Shown here: positions 13,601 through 25,600 of the stretch, one piece after another
Numbering within the stretch: position 1 is the first letter of the stretch
Layout of the letters: every line of letters starts with the position of its first letter
Origin: Tubiluchus corallicola
Lineage: Eukaryota; Animalia; Priapulida
Reading direction: 5' to 3'
Assembly: GCA_030141605.1 (NCBI GenBank)
Contig: JAQGDQ010000038.1
Span: forward strand, 310,001-374,000
DNA length: 64,000 bases
The notes under the pieces: model-generated
Database searches by the model: none
What the model was told of the DNA's origin: nothing
What the model saw: only the letters and a program-made list of their open reading frames with translations
Made by a program: the position numbers and the translations under genes

Positions 13601-16600
13601 TGGTTTAGTATTGATTTAGTGTTGACAGTATCATTCTCAGTCACCCTGATTGCTGACATTATTATCTTGTTAGCTGTGTTCTGAACTTCTGATTTTGCAA
13701 GCAATGACATTAGTTTGAATGTTTGGAATGGTATTAGCAGGAGCTTGATCATATAGTGATCAATGAATGATTTCCTTAATTTCCCGATAAAATAAAAAAC
13801 TAGCGATAATATTGATTTAAAAATGCTATTTTACATTAGCATGTAGACACGATTAATATGGTCAGTTTTCGTATGCGGCTTTTGTTTGAGTTTTTTGCTT
13901 AAAAGCAGTAACTAATTTGCATTTTAACCATAATTTTTGTTTTAAATGAACGTAGGAAAAGTCAACATTTTCACATAGGGTTCGTATATATATTAATGTA
14001 TGCAGTAGAAATGTATCATTGTTGTAGTGTTTGTGTGATTTTTACGTACTTTTGTTTCTCCTACAAGCCATTTTATTATGCATGCTAATCTACTTGTGCT
14101 GTTTACAGCATGTTCCTCCTTGCTTACAGCAAACTGACGGCGAACACTCAGCAAAAACGTCATCATCGTCGTCGTCATCAACAACAACTCAACAGCCAAA
14201 ATCATCGTCAACAGAAGTGCCAAAGAGACTCCATGTATCGAACATACCATTTAGATTTCGAGATCCAGATCTTAGGGCAATGTTTGGCGTAAGTAATTTA
14301 ATATTGTATTATAGGGTTGGCCGATGTGCTATTCACCTTCATACTTCGGAAGATATCATGTATATTTTATTTTTATATCACAGTAATTAGCATGTTTCTA
14401 GAACTTACATTATTGCTATTATTCAGTAATACTGCATATGCCATGTATTTTCAAGAAAGAAGTATTCTATGCAAACCTCTGCAGTTGAAAATTTGTCTTA
14501 TTTCTATAACATTTTAATTTCTTTGTTGTGTGTGTAATATTCAGATTTTGATTTAGTTGAATTTTAAATTTTTGTTTCGTCTTTATCTGGCTAATTTTGT
14601 TTTTCAGCAATTTGGCCCAATTTTAGATGTTGAAATTATTTTTAATGAAAGAGGTTCTAAGGTAAGTGAAATAAGTTTTATTCATCCCAGCTTCTTTTTT
14701 CCATTAAGTGGTATTAAGATTTACAGTTTTTACCTAATTGAAAATGTTTTATTATTGATACATGATGCTAAAGTCTTTGCCTTTTAAGTTCCTTAGAACT
14801 GCCCTTGGTTTCCGCATTTCATAAAGCTCACAAAAATTCTTCAAGTCAAAAAAACAAAAACCACAAACCAAAACCAGCTGAATTTTCTGAAGACCGCCTT
14901 TGTCTCAGGTTCCAAAAACCCTTCTTGTTTTTCAAATCTCCTTCAAGTGTAGCTGGTTTCGACTTACTTTCTCGCATGCGAGTATTCGAGTAGCTGAATC
15001 CGTCATCTTCAAGAACTTCTATATTGAGAATTCAATAAAACCCGGACGTTGCATTTCTGCCATTTGCGTGTCCTCATCCGTGAAACTAGTCGTGCTTGCA
15101 GAGATGTAGTCTCCATTGAGAAACTTGATTGATTAGTCAGTATAGATTGAGCAAGCTAAAATGCACGCAGTCCTTTCTATGACACCGGGCTGACTAAACA
15201 AATCTCTAATTGGGTGTCCATCATATTTGCTATATTATTTTCCCAGGCTTCAATGTTTTTTTAGGAAATAATTACAGGCAAGGGTGCAACAGAATTGCCC
15301 AAGATTTGCATTCCTATTTACTTTGCAGTGAAACAAAAAGGTGGTAGTATAACCATTCTTTACAATTTTTTGTGATATTGTCCTACCTGAATTAGAATCC
15401 CGTTTGACATCGTGCACTTAGTAATCACTATCGATAAACATGCTAAACTCGGTCAAATTAGTTGTATTGCATTTTTGGTAAAATATTACATTTAACATAG
15501 TTTCTTCAAAATCACATCTAGACATGGAACATACATTTTTCTTGCTAAATTTTATAGCTAACATACAGACATTTGTTTAATCTTCCAAATACCTTTGTGA
15601 AAATATTTACATTTGGTGGTGTTCAGAAGAACTATAACATCAAAAAAGGAGTAGCAGTAATTAATATTTCACTTTTTCACGTCTTTCTGATTGCCCTCAT
15701 ATTTGAGTAAAATTTGTTCAACAATGAGTGTAGATGTCTAAATGGGAATTTTACTGGTCTATGTGAATTATCAATATTGTTGTAACCTATAAAATCACTT
15801 GCAGCAAAAGTGATTTCAGCAGTTTTCAAAACAATTGTTTATTAAAACTAAGCACGAAACATCACTTTTCAAGTGTCTTTATTATTTTGAAAGGAAATCA
15901 AAATTGTCTTGTACCATGCTTTCCTACTGAGGTTACAAAGCTCACAATTATATAATTAGAGCAGCTTCCTCAGCTGTGATGAATAAATGAGTAACCATTA
16001 AGAGATTTTGTAGTCACTACTTAAATGAATTGTTCGATGTTCAATAGTATCAATTATTTTGAAACTGGTTCCCTGTAATTACTGTCTTTTTGATCTAAGC
16101 ACTATATTGTTTGCATCTGCTGTTACACGTTACATTGTCCTTTCCTATTGGTAACATTACACTCTTGTGTGTTTCTTTTATAAAAAGCGAATGACGATTT
16201 CCGTAACTTTGTTCTTTTAAAAATACAGTCGCTTATTTAGGTCATTGACATTATGATATAAAACAGTTTTTGCCATGGACAGTTTATGGACTTGTTTTAG
16301 TACTAAGAGTAACAAAGCAAACACATCTTGTGTGTTCGGAGCTGGTTCTTGGTATATAAATAACTGGATGGAAATTCCAACTCTGCAATGTGCGACCAGT
16401 TTTCGTGATCCTTTGAAGTTTCGCAAGCAATAATGAACCTACTGTTTTTCCAGACGGTAACCAGTTGTGCGAGATGCTAATCTAACGCAAACAAACCTTG
16501 TATAGCAGCAAAGCGAGTTGGTTTGGATTAAATTTGCAAACCAACCTAACCTGTCAAAATTGGGTGTGCTTGCCACAAATTCGTAACAGTAAAAAATGGT

Positions 16601-19600
16601 TTTACTGTTTGAAAAAGGGAAATAAATTTATGAATTGGATCTCTGTATACCTTTTTGTCATGAATTAGTGCATTAATTGTTTTTATGTCCATTATGTGAG
16701 CACAAGTTCATAATTTTAAAGAAAATTTATTCTTACATTTCAGTTTTTTAATGGCATTTTTAAATTCTCCAACCCCGAGCATTTTCCTCTATTGATATTC
16801 AGATAATATTTTTATAACATTTCTGCAGATTGTAAGGGATATAATCTTGAGATCTTACGGGGTTCAGTCGGCACTCACTCGAACTTAACAGGTTAAGTTT
16901 TATATTGGCGATATATTGACAATGTTGATGACAGTGTTGTTGCTAGAAACTAATTTCCTAGTTCTGGGTGCCGTAGTTATATGTGTATACATACTGGCCG
17001 TGCCAGCATGTGAAACTTCACGTGTACAGCATGGTGTGGCAGCACTGGGCATGTGTTCCTGAGCCTCCTTCAGTGGGAGACCGTCCTGTGGTGGTGGAAT
17101 GTTTAGCTATAATTTAATGAACGATTAACTGCTTGTAATATCCTAACACCTCTCTACTTGTAGGCAGCGGGTATTTATGTACTAATTAGGTCTGCTAGCA
17201 CTTTAAAGAACCAACCATAGAAAATTCTTCAGCCAAAACGATTGAATTTAGTTCTCAGTAATCGTCTATTAGCACTACCTTTGTTAATGTGTTTTATCCA
17301 CTAGATAGTTTTCAGCTAGCAGTACTTTGCACATTGCATTGCTAACTGACATGGCTAAAGTTTGTGTGCTAGTGGCCATGTAGTTTAAATCATTAAGATT
17401 AACTTATTTGTAAGTTCAAATTTAATAAGAAGTAGCTAAGCCTTATTTTGACAGTAATTTGTTGAGGAGTGCTTTGATGGATAATGTTTACATACGAGAT
17501 GCATCGCTGAATCTTCCAGTTAAAATCAAGTCAGTATCTTCCATCTAATTATAATTACGTATTTTAGCTAAATTGTGAATGGGTAATGGAGAGGATTATA
17601 ACAGATTATTTGTTTTTGGGCTTTATTTGAGGTTATCTGTCAGCCTTGATCTAAGTTATGTAAGTTTCAAATGATAGCAACTTGCATTAGTAGCAGTTTC
17701 AGGAAGAGAACTGCAATGAATTATGTAGGACAGTGTTTTTGTGATTTGTTATTCTGTTGAATGTCTCTGTTACCTCCATGCTGTATTGTAAAAGATTAGC
17801 AATAAAAAAATCGTTGTTTAGGTGCATTGGAATTGTTAAAAAAGCAAATAATGTGTAATGGCAAATTTGTTTATATAATAGATATTTATAATTTTTGCAG
17901 TATGACAGACATTGCTAAGTCCATTGTTAGTGCTTTTTACTAATGGCTCCATAGTAAGATTAGATAATTGCAAACAGTAGTTTAAATGTTACTTAAGTAT
18001 TGGTTTGCCAAGACAGTAAATTCGCCCAGAATGACATTGTCCAGATTGTTTAATTGAGCGTGGCCATATTTTCACTCTAGTCTTAGCATACAACTGAGTA
18101 CTAGATGTTTCACAATAGTTAGAATAAGTGCTGAAGACTGCTCAATTTGGGAAGGATTCTAATAATACCAGGGAACAATGGGCGGACATATTAACGTGCA
18201 TGGCAGTGAAATCTGAACACGTTTCTGCCTGGTGTCAAGATGGCCACCGTCGCTCTTCCCTGTTGCATTGCATTGACGACTTGATGCCACTGCACGATCA
18301 TTAAAGCATGTTCTCTTGTTTATTTGTGCATGCAGGGTTTTGGATTTGTAACGTTCCAAAATAGTGCGGATGCGGATGCAGCACGTGAGAAACTGCACAC
18401 TACTATGGTAGAGGGAAGAAAGATTGAGGTGCATGTCTATCTAATGAAGTGGCAGACTTTGGGGAGGTCCTATAAATGGAAGTCGCATCTAGGGTTATTC
18501 TGAATGTGCAATAGGAAACAGAAGAATGGCCTTCGTTACGACTTCTTTTTGTGCCTCTCAAAGCTGTTTTGTCTTATCTATATTATATTATATATCAGTG
18601 TGGCACACTGCAACTAATGCCAATCATGTTTGTTATGACGGCAGTTCCCCTTGCCATCTGTTTATTGCAGTTGATTTTCGGTTTTAGCTGTCGAATTTGC
18701 CATATTTTAGTGGCTTGCTAATAGTGTTTCAGTTCTTGCTTCTCGCTGTACTGTTATACTGAGCATTTGCCTGAATTTACTTGTTATATTAGTGATTGTC
18801 TGGAGCAGGTTTTTATGGAAGTTCTTATTCTACTGGCACGTTGTAACACTGCTAACCTAAACCATGCAAGACATACAGATAGCACTTGGAACTGCAGTTG
18901 GTGCTAAGAAATGTCCATCCTCTGAAATGGTGTTTGTCGTGTGGTGGCTTCTGAGTTATTTATGTAGCTGTTTATAATTAACCAACTTGTCCTTCCTGAG
19001 CTGTGGTGTGCTTAGTAGAAGTAGGCATAATGTCCTTAATACATGTTTGTTTCTGTTTTAGTTGCTAAAAAGTGGAGATAATGTTGGTTGGGGCTCTGTT
19101 TGTGGTTTTCGCACAATATTGCTAAAGATGTTCTTTCTGTCAGGGTTAAAAAGTTTTGCATTCTATTCTTAGCAGTTCTTTAAAAATTACTGAGCTTTAC
19201 TAATTTATCATATTTATCATTTTTTATTTTTGTTAATTAATTAAAAGAAATTCAAGCTCTTCATCCATTATATTTACACAAAACTAAATCAATAATAACA
19301 ATATATTGAAATTATAATCGCTATTTGCTAATGTGTTTATCCAGTAGGAGCACCAGTGGTCCATATTTTGTTTTTTGCTGCAGTGCTAGATCTGGGCTGT
19401 CACCAGTTTCTGTACAACTTAAGTCTTAAAGCCTACTGAGTGTCAAGCAAAATATTCAACAAACACATTGAATTAGCAAGTTTACACCCACTAATTATGC
19501 TGGTGAATTTTTTTGCTTAATTACAATGTAAGTGCTTGGCCATTGGTCAATGCTGTGCAATTGTGAAATGACAACTGTTATCTCATTCAATTCTTGTTGT

Positions 19601-22600
19601 TCCTGTAAATAGAATAAGGATTATTTGTACTTGTTGAATGTGAGTCTTAAAATTAGTGGCCCTCTGTTTTTTTTGTAACATGTTTTCATATCTAATCTAC
19701 TACTTTGATTCACTAAAATAGATAAGCTGTTAGATAAACTAGTCAAACTTTAATTTAAAGCTTCTATTTGCTGTGATTCTGTCACATTTTTTTGACATTT
19801 TTCTTTGATACTTCCTTTCTTCAGGCTACATGAACTAATGTAATATCCACGTGAATAAAGCCTTTTGAAATGGATAATCAGAACCCACCGGGTAGCAAAT
19901 TTATCTCTTGCTGCTTAGCTGTTGCCATGGAAACTTATGAATATAAATGTCTTCATCAATGACTGAGTAGGGCTTTCTGAATGCGAGGAAGTTATACGCT
20001 AGCTACTGCATCCTCATGATGCAACTTTTAACAGAAATTTGATGTAGTGCTTCTTGTTAAAATTTTATGAAACACTTTCATTGAAGCTTTAAAAAGCTTT
20101 AACCTTTACATAAGGTTTTTAGTAATTAAAAGTAAAATAAAAATGTATCAAGAATTAGCAGCGGCTACTCTCTTGCAAAATTTTTAAATGTGTAGTGTTT
20201 TGTAAGAAGGTGTGTAAGTAGGCCTATTTGAGTACTGTTGTAAAACACGCTCTCTGAAAACAAATAAAAAAGAACACGCCCTTTTTAAGTATGTATTTCT
20301 AAAAAAAATTGATTTGTCATTTTTGCATATTTGTTCATGATATATTCTATTTGCAAGCTTTGTATAGCCCTATGAGAGTACTACTAACTGTTTGTCTACT
20401 GTTTAGCATAGCAGTTTTCACAATTAAATTCACAAAAACTGTTTTTTTTTGAAATTTTAAGTTTTAAAGAGGTTGGTTATGTTCATAGTGTGAGAGGTGT
20501 GAGAGAGAGGGTTGTTTATTTACACGTCATTTTAATATCTTAGCAGAAGTTTTTATAATGCTATTATATCTGTACTTTCTTTAGCTTTTTAGAAATTTTT
20601 ACTAATGTTACAGTTCTTTTTTGCAAAGTTTGAATGGATGCTGGTTATCCAGAAAATTTTTGTCCTGTATTGCACTGAGTGAGGTGCTGTGTTCCTGCTT
20701 GTCAGTGATTGGTTGACTTGATCAAACCTTGACTTGCTATCGATCGATATGATTTTTTCCTACTTTGTGATTAGCTGGCTGCTTGCATTTATGGAATGTA
20801 TTGCACCAAGGATTGACATTTCTTACACTTGTTTGTACCTCTAGTTAGTTTTTAGATGGTGAAGGTACTTACCGTTTGTACCGCTAGGGTCACTTCTGCA
20901 GTGTTGGTATTGAGGCATGCTTAACATACTGGCTTGGCCTTTCAACCTTAGCTTTTCAATTCACGACATCTGACAGACGGGTGTGTGTGTTCCAGTCTGT
21001 GTTGTTGGACATGGCTATATACCAACACTGAGCAAAAGTGTCATCTGGTGATAGATTGTGATATTATTCTGACAAGGATGTGCGCTTATTTCATTATGCT
21101 ATGAAACGTGATCATGGGTCAGGATCACTTTACCGAGGTAAGGTACTTAGCGCTCAGCCATTTTGGAAGAATTGATCCAGATTTTCAGACCATGACTATG
21201 AATTTTTCAATTACAGTATCTTAAGTGTATATATAACTACATAAAACATAAGTAGGCTTATTTTAATTTTAAATTAAGTATTTGTTGGATTGCATTTTTA
21301 TCTGGGTCTATTCTGCTTTGCTATCAGTGGTACCTGGCCTTTATTATCAACAAACAAAAAAACCTTTTTAGGATGTACACATGATACTGATAAAAACCTT
21401 CCACTGCTCTTATTAGTTTAAACTATGCAAAACCATGATAAATTAGAAATAAACATTATCATGAAAGACTTCAATATTTTTGTATAAAAAAAGCATTTGA
21501 AAGACTCACAGTGGAACAAACAAAAATGTAAGATGAATGAAACATAATGTGGCGTTTGCAATCTCAGTTTTACGGGCGATTCGTGAAAGTTCAAGTACCA
21601 CTGGTGTAATAAACCAGGACATCATTTTTGCGTGAATTTTCTTGGCAAATGAGTTTTCAATGAAACTTGAAACAAAATTATGTTTCTCGTGTTATTGCTT
21701 TCATGTCTCCAGTGTCTGTAGCCATTGCTGTGTTAGCGTATAATTTGGCTAGCTCTTGTGATTTTAATAATGTTATGAAATTGCAATAAGGTCTTGTCAA
21801 TCAACAAAATGGCTTTTAATTTTTGAACATCTCTTGACTTTTTTGCCTGACTTTTATACAAAAATGATGTCTTTGTGTACAAATAAATTAATTAGTCTCC
21901 ACTGTAGTTCATTTTAAAAGTTATTGGCAAGTACATTATTGAACTTTACAGTAAACTAATTAAATTTCATGTTATCAAATCTTTAAAATATTGTTTCATT
22001 TTAAAAGATCATTTGCAACTTGGGTGTCCAACGAAATATTTTTGTTATTAAATACATAACATAACCTATTGTTAAATGTAAATATCATTTTTGGCCAGGC
22101 TTAGTCTAATGAACATTGGTGTCATTTTTAGGTAAACAATGCCACGGCTCGAAGTCAAACGAAAAAGACGCCGCAGGCTTTAGCTAATGGTATTCAGTTA
22201 TTATACATATGAGATCACTTAGTGCAAAAGGAGAAATCGATCAGCACTTATAAATTTCTAAAAATGCATTTATTGTGATCTAATTGAAAAAAAATAAACC
22301 TTTTCTAAAACTAGTACTTAAAGACATATTATAGGAAAAGCATATTATAAGAGTATTATAATAATTTAGAATTGGGATACAGCTATTTTGTAGTTATTTT
22401 GAAATAGAGATTGCTGTTTGGATTGGTTGATGGTATTTTATGATATATTATTCTAATTGTTACTTGAAACCCTCTTTTCTATTTGAGCTGCTATTGCTGT
22501 CATCATTGTGAATACATGCAAGTCAAGCATTATCGTAAAACTAAATGAAAACTGTTATATTTTAGCTGTAGTATTGAAGGGTGCTGCTATCACGAGAAAT

Positions 22601-25600
22601 CGAGTTGCGGCAGCAGCTGCTGCTGCAGCGGCAGCAAGAGGAGCGTATACGGCAGCCGCACTTCGAGGTCCAACTCCTATAGGAGCTGCGGCTCCGACAC
22701 CGGCTCTTCCTGGATATGTGCCGTGAGTGTCAAATTAAAAATAGAAGTTACCTGTGCCTGCTGTATTAAAAAAATTGAGATGTTATTTTATACATTAATA
22801 TGACCTGACGAGTGTACAAATATCCTCCTGGTCTGTAGGTTTGTTCATTCAGTTACATTTTCCACTGTCTCTTGTGTACTCACAAAAGCTGAAAATATGT
22901 TGTTACATAATAAGTTGATGTAGGTATATAAGCCATGATGTCATCTGTTCACAATGAGTGTTACTACTTACGTCTGCCTTAAAAGAAAGCATGTTCCAAA
23001 GAGAGTTGTAATAAGGAGCTTATCTAAATTTTACTAGTTTACCGCCAAATAGAACTGTGCCCCCAAGTGTGCAAGTTACAATAATCCACTTTGAACTTTC
23101 AATCAACTTCTGGTCAAGTGCATTAATTGTGAAGCTAAAATTGTTATGTAAAAATATTTTCTAAGTAAGTGAGTGAGTGAGTAAGTAAAAGTAAGTTTTC
23201 TTATCAGCTGTTTGTGTTAAAATAATTTTAGTATGTCAGTCTTTTGTTTTATGTATGTAATACAGATAATTGATGTATAATCATCTTTGTTAATCGGAAA
23301 TAAGAAATTGATCAGCAAGAATAAAAAATGAAATGTTTGTTCTGTCCCAATACCTATGAGTGTCCATATATGTGTAGTACATAATGTTGCCTGCCTGCAA
23401 ATTGTGTTATAAAACTGTCATCTGCAAAGGCAGGCCTGTGGATTTACATTCATGAATTCCAAGCATTTCTCTGCATAATGAAAGGTGAACTAAATTAGTT
23501 TGCCAGCTGTGAAGTACATAATCACAGTTTATGATTTTGTGGTTCACGGGGGAAGGTTTAGTGGCTAGCCACCGTAAGGCACGTCTTTGGAATGTGTAAG
23601 TTATTATAGTGCAGTTTTTGGTATTTATAGTGTGACAGTCTCACAGATTAATTGCATAATTTACATATCTGTTGCTTACTTTACATAGCAAAGCAAATGC
23701 TATTCTGTAATTAGTGATTTGTTTCTTGCATTGCAGGGCAGCATTATATCAGGATCCATTTCTAGCCTATGCTGAACGTTATCAGGTATTTTCTTTACTA
23801 ACAAATTTTAATTTATGTTTCACCTCCATTCACCAAAAAGTATTTCTCTTTGCCAGCTAAAATTATAATAAATGAAAAATCTTGATCCTGAAATTTGTAA
23901 AGGATTGCATGTGCCATGCAGACTACACATTTTATTTATTTATTTTTTGCTAATTCTATGTTTCTTACTGCCACTAACTAGAATAATGTAACGGAGTAGT
24001 TGTTTTAGGTGCGTCAATCTTTGTTGATACAATGATAGCTTTTATTACTCTAACCTGATTTGGGTTTGTTTTGAGCTGCATGATTTTGCTTTTGGTGCTT
24101 TATTGTTAATTGTTTTGATGAAAATTAAATGAGATGGTCTTGATGGTTTCGAAAGTTTTTTAGGTAGACCTCTTTTTTGTACCATCAACAGGCTGAATGA
24201 GCTATACTGTGACTTCACATTTTATGTCATTATACATGTGCTGGTAATAATCTATTTTAAATAACAAAATTTTAGTGATATATACAGAATATTTTACGTA
24301 ATTAGAAAAAGCCTGTGTGACACGTTCCCTAAACATTTGGTCCTTTTTTATACATTTGCTGTCATTCAACACGAGTTATTGGCACTTGTGCACTTTCAAG
24401 TTTTACATGGCTCGTAAAACGTGCTTATGCATAGTGTTAATCGATAATTGTTTTTCTTATCACCTGTGCAAATTAGTAATTGTTAATACAATTAATCTGA
24501 GATCACTATTTTTGTAATAATATTGATGAAATATGTAAGTTGCCCTCAATTCTGTGGCTGCTGTTGGTGACACTTAACATGTTATCAACGTTCCACAAGA
24601 CTGTCTCATTTAAACAGTCCAGTTCCGTTTCAGTTGAATTTGTTATTGTTAACTTAATTCTATTTTAGGCTGCTGCCGCTGCATCAAAGTTTCCTATTGT
24701 CTCACTAGGCGGCGATACCGCTTTAATGGGCAAAGGCTTAATGAATTTACCTGGGGTACTAAACTCTTGTGTTCTGTAGATATTGTGTAGAGAACTAATT
24801 ATTACAAAAGTATTGTGCTGGCTTTGATGTATTACATCGAAAATTTGATAGAAACTTTTCAGACTTGAAATTCTAATTTGGCTTATGAGTAGATTAAAAA
24901 TTGTAGTGTGTATTAATTAGTTCTCTTTGTGTGTGTGTGGATATTTCAAAAGGCCAGTGGGTAGCTTATCATGGATTGAACAGTAAAATAGTTCGTGATA
25001 GCTATGACACTGCTTTAAATTAACATTTCTATCATTTTACTTGTGCAAGGATGTAGAAGGTTATCTCTGTCTTTTCCTTAACAACTACAACTAGCAATTC
25101 TTCTATTTCTATAATTTGACTGCATGATTTTTTTAATGAAAAATTTGTATTTTTGGCATTTTTGTGTTTCTGCAAATGTCGAGTTTATCAGAGTTTAAAC
25201 TTTGCTTTAGTACGTATAGACAAAATAATATTAGTTAATTATTTAGCTTGATTGAATCTTGCCATTAGCACTTGTCTTGAGATAATGTTTGCATGATCGA
25301 TTATAGTTTCTGTGTTCGTGCCTCAAACAGATTCTGTCCGTTCTGTGGACAATTGATGTTTGTCAGGCTTTGTTTCAACTTAAATGCTTTTTAACACATT
25401 ATGTTTTCTTGTTTTTGTTATCAAATTGGAATGCATGTCACTTTTACAGAAATTTATACTCTAAAGTAGGAAACTTATTTTATTTTAAATGATCCTAAAT
25501 CAGCTATTATAAGAACCATGCATTGTTCTCATTTTTTTCTATAATTATTTTCCAGTAAACTTCGGCAAGCATTATTTTAGAAACTCTTACACCAACATGT

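Noticed and set aside
20880-21050. Pre-miRNA
   Set aside because: The loop region is too large and branched for a Drosha/Dicer hairpin; reported instead as a structural element.
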